A stretch of 64,000 bases of DNA from a virus: IMG/VR virus record IMGVR_UViG_3300045988_129382, positions 1-64,000 of that record; one strand, written 5' to 3'. Under the pieces are notes generated by a model. It saw only the letters and a program-made list of their open reading frames with translations. It did no database searches and was not told the DNA's origin. Numbering within the stretch: the stretch's first letter is position 1; each line of letters opens with the position of its first letter. Both the position numbers and the translations under genes were made by a program. Shown here piece by piece: positions 8,680 through 17,607 of the stretch.

Positions 8680-10926
8680 ATGAAGTCTTTATTAATAATG
8701 AGAGGTTGTCCTGGAAGTGGGAAGACAACTCTTTTAAAAGATTTAGGATTAGATATTTATTCTTTAAGTAGTGATAGATTACGATTGATGTACAGTTCAC
8801 CTGTTTTAAATGAAGAGGGTAATTATACGATTAGTCAAGATTGCAATAGTGATGTATTTGATACATTGTATAAAATGTTAGAATATCGTATGTCTAATGG
8901 TGAGTTTACTATTATTGATGCAACGCATTGCTCCTCGACTAAAACTGTACATAAACAGATTCAGGAGTATCGTAGATTAGCTAAACGATACAACTATAGA
9001 ATCTATCAGTATGATATGACTACTGATATACTTAGTATAGCTAGACAGAATGAGTATCGTAGGGGTACATATTCTTTTGTGCCACATCATATTGTTGATA
9101 AGATGCGTAGGGTTATGGAAGATACTCCTAAGTTGCATAGAGATATCTCTAAGTTAGACTCTATTGAAGATTTTATTTCTTCTTATAATACAGACTATTT
9201 ATGTGATGCTAATGTGTATAGTAATGTTAAAGTGGTTGGTGACGTTCATTCATGTAATACTGTTCTCAAAAATGCTTTATCTGATTTTGATACTAATACA
9301 TTATATGTGTTTGTTGGGGATTACTTTGACAGGGGTATTGAGCATTACGATACATTAAAGACTATTCAAGATTTATCTAAGCGTAAAAATGTTATATTGT
9401 TAGAGGGTAACCATGAATCACATTGGATTCGTTATTCACATAGTGAGAGTGGTGATGATTTAGGTTACAAGCGTTTCAGAGAAACAACTTTAAAAGATTG
9501 GCTACTACATTATGATAATGAATCAGATTTAAAGAAAGAGTTACGTATATTATATCGTAAACTACATTCTTGTTATTTCTTTAAGTGTGGTAATATTAGG
9601 TATATGGTTACACATGCTGGTTTGACAAAGTTCCCTGAAAATGCGTTATTGTTATCATCTACTCAATGTATTAAGGGTGTAGGTGGTTATGATTTTGAGG
9701 TTTCACTAGAGTATACTAAACAACAGCGTAGTGGTACTGAAGTTCAAGTTTTTGGTCATAGGGGTGTATCTTCTTCTAAAGGTTTCAGTTATTCTTTAGA
9801 GGGTAAAGTTGAATTTGGTGGTCATCTTAAAGTTCTTAATATTGATAAAAGTGGTCATGAAGTTGTTGAATACAAAAACTATGTATACAATAAGAATTAT
9901 CTAGATGAAGAATTTAAATTTCAACAAGAATTTGGTAAGGTTGTACTAAATACTGATTCCATTGAAGTTAATGTTATAGCTAATTCTAAGTTAGTTAGGG
10001 TTCGTAATTGTGGTGATATGGTTAGTCTTAACTTTACTGAGAAGGCTTTTAGACATAATTTGTGGGATAGTGTTACAATTAAGGCACGTGGGTTATTTGT
10101 TGATAAAATTACAGGTGATGTTAAAGCACGTTCTTATGATAAATTCTTTAATTTAGGTCAGAGAAAAGATTCTAATGAAGAGTTAGATAAACTAGTTTAC
10201 CCTGTCAGGGTTGCTAAGAAAGAGAATGGTTCTTTAGGTATCATTTCTTGGGATAGGCAAAAATGTGAATATATTTTCGCTAGCAAGAATTCTACAATGA
10301 CTGAGCATGCTGGTTATGTTAAAGAAAACTTTGAAATGGTTGACTTCAATATTCAGTATGCATTACGTACAATTTTAATGAAGTATAATTGTTCTGCTGT
10401 ATTTGAGATGATTCACCCTAAAGATGTTCATATCATTAATTATAATAAATCTCACAAACTTTTCTTGTTAGACTTTGTACCTAATAAGTTACATTTAGAT
10501 AATGGTATTCATATTGATTATGAATTTTCTGAGATGTGTAGAAAAGAGTTTAGTAAGATTTATGAAGAAAACCCTATGCTTGCATTTGATGATGTATTTA
10601 AGGTTGTGTGGTCAACAACTGTTTCTGATAGAGATGCTTTAAATGTGTATCTTGAAAAAGCTAAAACATGTGATTTTGAGGGTTATGTATTTACAGATTC
10701 TAGAGGTTATATGACTAAGATTAAGTCTGATTCTTATTTAGAGTGGAAATATTGTAGGACATTATTAGGTCATTATGTTAGCAATAGTGATATAAATACT
10801 AATTCATTAAATGATTTTGAAAAGAGTTTCTACAGTTTCTTGCGTACTCATTTTGTTACTGATTTGAGAGATAAGAATATTTTAGAAGTTAGAGATATGT
10901 ATAATCAGTGGGTGGCTAATAAATGA
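8680..10926 (+). CDS. Pnkp-like RNA-repair fusion with three domains: polynucleotide kinase, metallophosphatase and RNA ligase/adenylyltransferase
   Basis: N-terminal P-loop GCPGSGKTT. Central calcineurin-type motifs GDVHSC, GDYFDRG, GNHE and THAG. C-terminal nucleotidyltransferase motif I KENGS. Confidence 0.8.
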   Translation: MKSLLIMRGCPGSGKTTLLKDLGLDIYSLSSDRLRLMYSSPVLNEEGNYTISQDCNSDVFDTLYKMLEYRMSNGEFTIIDATHCSSTKTVHKQIQEYRRLAKRYNYRIYQYDMTTDILSIARQNEYRRGTYSFVPHHIVDKMRRVMEDTPKLHRDISKLDSIEDFISSYNTDYLCDANVYSNVKVVGDVHSCNTVLKNALSDFDTNTLYVFVGDYFDRGIEHYDTLKTIQDLSKRKNVILLEGNHESHWIRYSHSESGDDLGYKRFRETTLKDWLLHYDNESDLKKELRILYRKLHSCYFFKCGNIRYMVTHAGLTKFPENALLLSSTQCIKGVGGYDFEVSLEYTKQQRSGTEVQVFGHRGVSSSKGFSYSLEGKVEFGGHLKVLNIDKSGHEVVEYKNYVYNKNYLDEEFKFQQEFGKVVLNTDSIEVNVIANSKLVRVRNCGDMVSLNFTEKAFRHNLWDSVTIKARGLFVDKITGDVKARSYDKFFNLGQRKDSNEELDKLVYPVRVAKKENGSLGIISWDRQKCEYIFASKNSTMTEHAGYVKENFEMVDFNIQYALRTILMKYNCSAVFEMIHPKDVHIINYNKSHKLFLLDFVPNKLHLDNGIHIDYEFSEMCRKEFSKIYEENPMLAFDDVFKVVWSTTVSDRDALNVYLEKAKTCDFEGYVFTDSRGYMTKIKSDSYLEWKYCRTLLGHYVSNSDINTNSLNDFEKSFYSFLRTHFVTDLRDKNILEVRDMYNQWVANK

Positions 10927-11300
10927 TGGGTAAGTATAATATTAATGACAAAGTTCCTTTAAATTCTGAAGGACAAAATGCTAATATAAAAGCTAATATC
11001 TTGTCGGATGAAGAAATGCGTGAGTTGGGTTTTACGGATTATGCAAAAGATAGATGGTATTTCTGTAGAAGAGTTGGTGGAAAGGATAGTGATATCAGTT
11101 TTAATATCACTATCTTCAAGAAAACTAAGGACATTCGGATAGATGTTCTAGATGAGATGTTTTTACAGCCTTATGACTTTCAAATGTATATCGGTACAGT
11201 TGCTGTAGCTAATCGTGTGTATGATGATGTTCAAAATTACATGAAATTCTTCATGGACAATGGTGTTATTTATGGGTATACTTTAGGTGATTACATTTAG
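10923..11300 (+). CDS. Hypothetical protein, 125 aa
   Basis: ATGA overlap with the upstream stop. Confidence 0.7.
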   Translation: MMGKYNINDKVPLNSEGQNANIKANILSDEEMRELGFTDYAKDRWYFCRRVGGKDSDISFNITIFKKTKDIRIDVLDEMFLQPYDFQMYIGTVAVANRVYDDVQNYMKFFMDNGVIYGYTLGDYI

Positions 11301-11312
11301 ATTGAGGTTTAT

Positions 11313-11744
11313 ATGTATAAAAATTTCTATAAAATATATGACATACTAACTACATTGTCTAATTATTTGGACTATGCTCATCCTTGTATTAAAGAGTTAT
11401 TTACTTTGGGTAATAATTCTGTTAAGTATGATAAGTATAGTGGAAAAACGACTATTGTTATTGGTGATGATACATATTTGATTACTGATATATCATTATT
11501 ACACTATATATCATATGATTATTATGTAGCTAGTTATGATAATATATTTGATGATTCATTAGATTTCTATCATACTTTCTTATCTGTACGTGGTGTTTCA
11601 TTTAAAGATATGGCTTCAAACCTTGATAGTATTGTTAGCTTTAGAAGTTGCTTTGGTTATAAAACAGATGATTCAGATATTGAGTTTCTTAAAGAATATT
11701 TTTTACTCATTCATAATAAATTATGTGAGTTAGATAGTTTGTAG
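11313..11744 (+). CDS. Hypothetical protein, 143 aa
   Basis: GAGGT SD upstream. Confidence 0.7.
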   Translation: MYKNFYKIYDILTTLSNYLDYAHPCIKELFTLGNNSVKYDKYSGKTTIVIGDDTYLITDISLLHYISYDYYVASYDNIFDDSLDFYHTFLSVRGVSFKDMASNLDSIVSFRSCFGYKTDDSDIEFLKEYFLLIHNKLCELDSL

Positions 11745-11750
11745 GGTTAT

Positions 11751-12293
11751 ATGGAAATATATTTTACAAGTGATTTACACTTAGGTCATGGTAATATAAT
11801 ACGTTTTTGTAATAGACCATTTAGTAGTGTTGAAGAGATGAACGATAGAATTATACGGAATTATAATTCTATCGTTCATAAAAATGATTTAGTATATATT
11901 TTAGGCGATTTAACCTATAAGATTTCTGTTAAAGAGTCTAATAATTTAATACAACAATTAAAAGGTCGTAAGGTTCTGATTCGTGGTAATCATGACTTAA
12001 AGTATGATAGTAGTTTGTTTGAAGATATTCTTGATTATAAAGAGTTCAATCAAGATAAGGTTAAGTATGTGTTAATGCATTATCCTTTAATGAGTTGGAA
12101 TGGTAGTTATAGGAATAAAAGTATTCATTTACATGGTCATATTCATGCTCAGTATGTATATAACTTAAAAAATAGACATGATTTTGTTCTTAGGTATGAT
12201 GTTGGTGTGGATGCTAATAATTACTTTCCTGTATCTTTGACTTCCATAAGGGATTTCTTTAAAGTTCAATTAGAATATAGTGAGGGTGATTAG
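11751..12293 (+). CDS. Metallophosphoesterase, calcineurin-like fold
   Basis: Motifs SDLHLGH, ILGDLTY, RGNHD and HGHIH in the canonical order. Confidence 0.8.
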   Translation: MEIYFTSDLHLGHGNIIRFCNRPFSSVEEMNDRIIRNYNSIVHKNDLVYILGDLTYKISVKESNNLIQQLKGRKVLIRGNHDLKYDSSLFEDILDYKEFNQDKVKYVLMHYPLMSWNGSYRNKSIHLHGHIHAQYVYNLKNRHDFVLRYDVGVDANNYFPVSLTSIRDFFKVQLEYSEGD

Positions 12294-12713
12294 ATGTCTT
12301 TTGATGATATTAAATTTAGTAGTGATTATTCTGCTGAGGATATTAATAGAATAACTAAAGACTTTGTAGATATGGTTAAGTATCTTAGGAATAATGAAAC
12401 ATATTATAGCTCTATTGTTAATGAGTGCGATAAGGCTTTGGGTGATTTATATCATTATTGTGAGTTACATTATCCTACAACACGGAGTGGTAAAACTAAA
12501 GTTGTAAGTCTTATTCGTGATATTTCAACTACTAGACGTAAAGCTAAGGATATTTTAGAACTAGTTGAGCCTATTCTAAAACTAGATACGTCATATACTA
12601 GTGAGTTGGGAAGGGTATCTAATTCTATTAATAAGACATATAATAAATTATATATCAACGAGCGTAGATATACACCTAGAGTTTTAGAAGATTTGTTTAA
12701 GGGTGGTGATTAG
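12294..12713 (+). CDS. Hypothetical protein, 139 aa
   Basis: GAGGGTGA SD upstream. Confidence 0.7.
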   Translation: MSFDDIKFSSDYSAEDINRITKDFVDMVKYLRNNETYYSSIVNECDKALGDLYHYCELHYPTTRSGKTKVVSLIRDISTTRRKAKDILELVEPILKLDTSYTSELGRVSNSINKTYNKLYINERRYTPRVLEDLFKGGD

Positions 12714-12899
12714 GTGTCAGATGCATCTAAGCTTAGAGATACGATAGATGGCAGAATAGATAAGTATATCTATTCTTATGTTGGTGCATATTTCAATGAT
12801 GTTGATAATAACACATTACAGGATGATTTGTATAAAGAGTTGGTTTTAGACTTGAAAAGTATTATTGAGGAAGAATGTAATAGGATAGGTTTAAAGTAA
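12714..12899 (+). CDS. Hypothetical protein, 61 aa, GTG start
   Basis: GGTGGTGA SD upstream of the GTG. Confidence 0.55.
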   Translation: MSDASKLRDTIDGRIDKYIYSYVGAYFNDVDNNTLQDDLYKELVLDLKSIIEEECNRIGLK

Positions 12900-12914
12900 A
12901 GTGTTGTTTTTATT

Positions 12915-12932
12915 TATAATCTGTGGTACAAT
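12915..12932 (+). promoter_or_regulatory. Candidate -10 elements: TATAAT at 12915-12920 and an extended -10 TGgTACAAT at 12924-12932
   Basis: Read directly; no good -35 box. Confidence 0.4.
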
Positions 12933-12939
12933 TTATTTA

Positions 12940-13163
12940 CAGGGTTTGATAGTTTAATGAGTCTGAGTGATTATAAAAATTCTCTCTCAATCACTCTCAC
13001 ATAAGAAATAATCTCCGTAATTTCAATGGAAGTTTTTCTTCTATAGTTACTCAGACTCATTAAGCTATCAAATATCTGTAGTTAATGTTAAGCCACGTTG
13101 TTGCATAAATTTCTCCTTAAAAGCGACTCATATATTTCATCATGATTATATGAGTCGCTTTTT
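12940..13163 (+). ncRNA. Candidate structured RNA or attenuator leader of about 225 nt, lying directly upstream of the SNF2 gene
   Basis: A 26-bp stem pairs 12945-12970 with 13047-13072 (24 Watson-Crick pairs plus 2 G-U pairs that work only on the + strand). It encloses a 76-nt loop and ends in a 14-bp intrinsic terminator. Confidence 0.5.
13121..13163 (+). terminator. Intrinsic terminator
   Basis: Stem AAGCGACTCATATA / TATATGAGTCGCTT (14 bp) followed by TTTTT. Confidence 0.8.
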
Positions 13164-13173
13164 ATTTAGTTAA

Positions 13174-15066
13174 GTGGGGTATGGTTTGAGCGATTATAAA
13201 TTAGAGGATAAGTACATTTCTTTTAATGGTATTACATTGGGTAGTGACCAAATAGAATGTGCTGAATATATGTTAGCTAGGAAAGGTTGTATATTAGGTG
13301 GTCAGTGTGGTTTAGGTAAAACATTAATTACATCTGTAGCTAACAAAGTACTATTAGATAAATATAATACAGTTGTGTCCATTATAGTTTGTCCTGTTAA
13401 GGCACTTAAAGCCTTTAGAAGAGAACTATTTGAAAAGCTACAGATTAAAGAGGATGAGGTTGGAATTATATCTGCCGATTACACATGGTATAACTTAGAT
13501 ACTAATCGGTTTTTTGTGTGTACAGATACTCAATTAGAGAAGTTAGATAGGATTACAGCTGAGTTAAAATCAAGAAATGTTCCTATGATTTTAAATGTGG
13601 ACGAGGCACATAAACTGCAAGATAAGAAGAGTAAGTATTCTCAGATTATGTCTAGTATACGTTCTAGGTGTTCTATTGTGTGGCTTATGACTGCTACACC
13701 TATTTTAAACTCTTTGGACTCTTTGTATAACATTGTTAACTTTTCTTCACCTGGTTTTCTTGGTAAGAAAGACTCTTTTGATAATAATTTTACTTTGTGG
13801 AATTTACGAGACCAATATATTAAGCGTGGTGGTAAGGCTACTAAAATTAAAGTCAAGGAAGTGTATGGGTATAAAAACCTAGATATTCTTAGGGAAAAGC
13901 TTAATGATATCATGATTGTACGTGGTAAAGAATACAATCTTAAATTCACGGCTTTAGAGTGCGATTTAACAGACAAAGATTATGAAATATATAAGAGGGT
14001 ATCAAGTGGGATTTTAAATTTTGATGATGATGCTAGGAATTTCTCACGTAGGATGCATGATTTACAACGATTTGTAGATAGAGTATATACTGATGAGACA
14101 ATGGAGGATTTGGTATCTAATTATTGTGATACTGAGTATTCCACTAAAGAGGAGTTACTGCTTAATTCATTAGAGGGTGCATTTAGCAATGGTTATAGCG
14201 TTATCATTTATGCAGAATATAAGGAGACAATTTCTAGACTAGAATCTATTCTAAAGAAAAATAAGAAAAAGCTAAATTTGGGTAAGATACATAAAGTAAC
14301 AGGTTCTATTAATATTAAGGTTAGGGAAGCTGTTGAAGAGAATATTGGTTCTAGAGATGTGGTATTGATTACATCTGCTGGTACTGAGTCAGTAAACCTA
14401 CAGAAATGTAACACAATTATTTTCTATGACATTTCTTTCTCAACTAAGAATATGATTCAAGCAGTTGGTAGGGTTTGTAGGCGAGATTCTAAGTTTGATA
14501 CTCAGTATGCTATTCTTTTGGTAACAAAACGTACTATTGATGAGTACAAATATCGTATGTTCAATAATAACTTAAATATGGTTAAGGGTGCTGTTGGTGC
14601 TGGTAAGGATATTCCGTTGTCTGAGGATATGCTGTTATCAGATGCTAATGATTTACGTGTTCTTAAAGATGAGTTGCTTTGGGCATATAAAGGTTCTAAG
14701 AAGAGGAATAGAAAAGCTAAGACTACTGATTATAAAGTTATTGAAAAGCAACTAGTTCCTTGTACATATGTCGATGCTAGTGGTGAGATTGCTAGTTATC
14801 GTTTTTTAGTTGAGCCTTGTATTTCTGATATTGTTGGTTTTGATTTAGATTCATGTACTAAGTTGTATTCTTATATCTCAGATAAAGAAATTCCTTTTGC
14901 TGTTATTAAGACAAAGTATCATCAGTACTTTACTACAGAAGAGGGAAAGAAGATGCTTTTATCTCTTAAAGATGGGGCATTAAATAAAGGTAGAATTTTA
15001 CTTATAGGGAATAACATAGAGATTTCTAAGATGATACAAAAAGAGGTTTTGAAGCTTTGTAAATAA
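13174..15066 (+). CDS. SNF2/RAD54-family helicase. The start is either GTG 13174 or TTG 13186.
   Basis: Motif I GLGKT, motif II DEAH, motif III TATP, and motifs V/VI SAGTESVNLQ and QAVGRVCR. Confidence 0.85.
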   Translation: MGYGLSDYKLEDKYISFNGITLGSDQIECAEYMLARKGCILGGQCGLGKTLITSVANKVLLDKYNTVVSIIVCPVKALKAFRRELFEKLQIKEDEVGIISADYTWYNLDTNRFFVCTDTQLEKLDRITAELKSRNVPMILNVDEAHKLQDKKSKYSQIMSSIRSRCSIVWLMTATPILNSLDSLYNIVNFSSPGFLGKKDSFDNNFTLWNLRDQYIKRGGKATKIKVKEVYGYKNLDILREKLNDIMIVRGKEYNLKFTALECDLTDKDYEIYKRVSSGILNFDDDARNFSRRMHDLQRFVDRVYTDETMEDLVSNYCDTEYSTKEELLLNSLEGAFSNGYSVIIYAEYKETISRLESILKKNKKKLNLGKIHKVTGSINIKVREAVEENIGSRDVVLITSAGTESVNLQKCNTIIFYDISFSTKNMIQAVGRVCRRDSKFDTQYAILLVTKRTIDEYKYRMFNNNLNMVKGAVGAGKDIPLSEDMLLSDANDLRVLKDELLWAYKGSKKRNRKAKTTDYKVIEKQLVPCTYVDASGEIASYRFLVEPCISDIVGFDLDSCTKLYSYISDKEIPFAVIKTKYHQYFTTEEGKKMLLSLKDGALNKGRILLIGNNIEISKMIQKEVLKLCK

Positions 15067-15111
15067 TCTTTAAACTGTTAATCACCTATTAAATACTTAT
15101 GTTAAATATAT

Positions 15112-15146
15112 AATGTGCATATCATTTGGTATGCACATTTTTTCTT
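15112..15146 (+). terminator. Intrinsic terminator after the SNF2 gene
   Basis: Stem AATGTGCATA / TATGCACATT followed by a T-run. Confidence 0.7.
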
Positions 15147-15171
15147 TATTTTATTCAGTAAAGGGGTATCA

Positions 15172-17316
15172 ATGTCTGAGGTAAAATCTAGTGATGTATT
15201 TGAGTTAATTAAAGGTAGCATTAGTGAAGATAGTAAGATGTCTTTTGATGTTTCCAATATTGATTTAAGTACTTCAAGCACAGGTGTGGTTGTTATTAAT
15301 TCAAAAGATGACGTATATTTTGCTATAGCTAGGAAGTCAGTTCAAGAATTTAAGGTTGTAGTTGAAAATCAAGAAATTACATCTGATAAGGTTTTGAGTA
15401 GCAATATTCAGTTCATTAGAAATTTTACTAAGGATAAAGCTAGTTATCGTCATGGTGATGATGTATTAGTTAATTTTACAGTTAAGAATACATCTAAAGA
15501 AGATTCACCGATGGTGGTGTCTGTTAATTTGTATAAAATTAATGAGAGAGTTGCTACTGTATATTCTGATTCTAAATTATATCTTAGGGTTAATGAGACT
15601 AAAGATTATTCAGTAACAGTTCCAAATGACATTTTAGAAAGTAATAGTGGTTATTTACTTTCTATTGTTGTTACAGATACGAATAATAACATTGATGTTA
15701 TCAATGAGGGTTTTTCTGTAGAGGATGATTGGACTAAATTCCCTAGATATGGTGTCATTGGTGGCTCAGGTGATGATAATAATTCTATTTTATTGAAGAA
15801 TAAAGATAGATATTTTGATGCATTAGGTGTTATGAGTAATATGAATATCAACTCATATTTCTTCTATGATGCATATAAATCACCTCAAAATCCTTTTCCT
15901 ATCGATAAAGAGCAGTTTAGTCAGGATTGGAATACTTGGAGTCATAGTGTTGTTGATGTAGATATGGTTAAGGGTTTAACTGATTACGTGCATGGTAAGA
16001 ATTCCGTTGCTATGTTGTATAATATGTGTTTTGCACGTTCAGTTGATGAGGGAGAAGTTGTACCTGCTTGGGAATATGCGTACAATCATGATACGTATGG
16101 CTTAAATAAAAAAGGTACACCATATATCAATTATATTGATGGTAAGCCTTTTCAATATTATTATCACCCTATGAGTACGCAGTGGAGAGAGCATATCTCT
16201 AATGTTATGATTGAAGCTATGGAAAATGGTGGTTTTGATGGTTGGCAAGGTGATACTATTGGCGACCGTACTATTAATGCTTATTATGATGCTGATAGTG
16301 ATGCTCATTATATGAGTGATTATTATGGCGATTTTATGGCAGATATGAAAAAGCGTATGCCTAATAAATATTTAACAATTAATGATGTTAATGGTGAACA
16401 TTTAGATAAGTTGTTAGATTCCAATCAAGATGTTATCTATAATGAAATATGGCCGTTTGGTCAATCTGCTTTGGTTATTGATGGTCAATATCGTTCACAG
16501 ACTGAGTATGGTGATTTGAAAGCACGTGTAGATGATGTTAGACGTAAATTAGGTAAATCTCTTATTGTTGGTGCATATATGAATGGGCCAGCTACTGAGT
16601 GGGTTGATGGTAAACGTGTTGCTAAGAATGGGTCTGGTCAGGATTCTATTAATGGTGGTACATACAATCTCCCAGCAGTGTTGTTAACAACAGCTACAAT
16701 TTCTGCCGCTGGTGGTTATCACATGAGTTCTGCCGTATTGGCTAATAGTATGAATAAGGGAGGGTTGGATATTGGTATTTTAGAGAAAGATTACTATCCA
16801 ACTCAGAGCCTACGTACTACAGCTGAGATAACACGTAAGGTGTATGATTATAATCAGTTTGTTACTGCGTATGAAAACATACTACGTGGTGATGGTTTAG
16901 AAGATGATACTACAGAATTAGAAGTTATTAATAGTTTTGGTTTCAAACAAAATTGGGATAGGTATGGTACTAGAGGTTATCAAGTATGGACATGGTCTAA
17001 ACAGGGTAATGGATTTAGAACTGTACAGTTAATCAATTTGTCTGATGTTGTATCTAATTGGAAGAACAAAGAGGGTACATCCATTAATAAACAGCCAACG
17101 TATATGAAAGATTTCATTGTTAAGTATGTTGTAGGTAAGGATAAAGACTTAGCTGAAAGATTATCTAATAGTGTATATGTAACCTCCCCTGATGATTGGT
17201 CTAAATCTGCTATGGTTAAATGTCATGTTGATGTTATCAATGAGGATGGTAATTATGTTTTGAATATTCATGTTTCTGATTTAGATATTTGGGATATGGT
17301 TTATATTAAAGAGTAG
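15172..17316 (+). CDS. Glycoside hydrolase, GH66 (dextranase / cycloisomaltooligosaccharide glucanotransferase)-like. Start moved to ATG 15172.
   Basis: AAAGGGG SD lies before ATG 15172. Layout is an N-terminal beta-sandwich-like region, then DDWTKFPRYGVIGG, INSYFFYDAY and GFDGWQGDTIGD, then a C-terminal beta region (VQLINLSD). The family call comes from remembered GH66 motifs only. Confidence 0.55.
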   Translation: MSEVKSSDVFELIKGSISEDSKMSFDVSNIDLSTSSTGVVVINSKDDVYFAIARKSVQEFKVVVENQEITSDKVLSSNIQFIRNFTKDKASYRHGDDVLVNFTVKNTSKEDSPMVVSVNLYKINERVATVYSDSKLYLRVNETKDYSVTVPNDILESNSGYLLSIVVTDTNNNIDVINEGFSVEDDWTKFPRYGVIGGSGDDNNSILLKNKDRYFDALGVMSNMNINSYFFYDAYKSPQNPFPIDKEQFSQDWNTWSHSVVDVDMVKGLTDYVHGKNSVAMLYNMCFARSVDEGEVVPAWEYAYNHDTYGLNKKGTPYINYIDGKPFQYYYHPMSTQWREHISNVMIEAMENGGFDGWQGDTIGDRTINAYYDADSDAHYMSDYYGDFMADMKKRMPNKYLTINDVNGEHLDKLLDSNQDVIYNEIWPFGQSALVIDGQYRSQTEYGDLKARVDDVRRKLGKSLIVGAYMNGPATEWVDGKRVAKNGSGQDSINGGTYNLPAVLLTTATISAAGGYHMSSAVLANSMNKGGLDIGILEKDYYPTQSLRTTAEITRKVYDYNQFVTAYENILRGDGLEDDTTELEVINSFGFKQNWDRYGTRGYQVWTWSKQGNGFRTVQLINLSDVVSNWKNKEGTSINKQPTYMKDFIVKYVVGKDKDLAERLSNSVYVTSPDDWSKSAMVKCHVDVINEDGNYVLNIHVSDLDIWDMVYIKE

Positions 17317-17340
17317 TTATTGAATAGAATATAGTGTATG

Positions 17341-17379
17341 ATAAGGGTATAGATTTTCTCTATACCCTTATTTTATTTT
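17341..17379 (+). terminator. Intrinsic terminator
   Basis: 13-bp stem ATAAGGGTATAGA / TCTATACCCTTAT followed by a T-run. Confidence 0.8.
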
Positions 17380-17391
17380 GGAGATGATTAT

Positions 17392-17514
17392 ATGAATACT
17401 AGAAATATGAATAAATTAAGAGCATTGATGTTGGTTTTATCTAGTCATAGATATGTTGTAGATGTAATAGATTTTGAACATGATACTATAGTTGTTAAGA
17501 TTAAAAAGATTTAA
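17392..17514 (+). CDS. Small ORF, 40 aa, below the track size cutoff
   Basis: GGAGATGA SD upstream of ATG 17392. Confidence 0.4.
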   Translation: MNTRNMNKLRALMLVLSSHRYVVDVIDFEHDTIVVKIKKI

Positions 17515-17538
17515 TATACTATATTTTTAAAAATTCTC

Positions 17539-17567
17539 TTTACAAAACTTTACACATGTGTTAGTAT
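17539..17567 (+). promoter_or_regulatory. Sigma-A-type promoter: TTTACA, 17-nt spacer, TAGTAT
   Basis: CTCTTTACAAAACTTTACACATGTGTTAGTAT. Confidence 0.6.
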
Positions 17568-17607
17568 ATGATTAATCAATAAAGTATGCTGTTTTTAGGT
17601 AGTAAGG

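Noticed and set aside
9164-9358. Alternative-frame + strand ORFs nested inside real genes (9164-9358 inside the Pnkp-like gene; 18523-18744 inside 18414-18764)
   Set aside because: They overlap genes whose frames carry clear motifs, they have no SD, and their composition is that of an off-frame translation.
12945-13072. The long inverted repeat considered as a retron msr/msd, or as the ends of a miniature transposon
   Set aside because: No reverse transcriptase or transposase is present anywhere in the window. The arms are internal to a promoter-terminator unit, and the mismatches are G-U compatible on one strand only, which favours a simple RNA stem.
13111-13119. A 12-codon minus-strand mini-ORF with a perfect AAGGAG SD (the reverse complement of about 13066-13119)
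   Set aside because: There is no evidence for minus-strand transcription anywhere in the window. The SD-like sequence is equally well read as a CUCC anti-SD tract in the + strand RNA.
12957-13200. T4 gene 60-style translational bypass from the first GAT TAT AAA to the second
   Set aside because: The gap is about 220 nt, far beyond known bypass distances. No stop codon follows the putative take-off site, and a strong intrinsic terminator lies inside the gap. The idea is kept only as a remote alternative.
15115-15171. N-terminal extensions given by the ORF track (15115, 36538, 38216, 21943, 7987, 44054, 45309, 45572 and others)
   Set aside because: In each case a downstream in-frame ATG has a proper AGGAG-type SD. 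The extension either overlaps a terminator hairpin or the upstream gene, or begins at a non-ATG codon with no SD.
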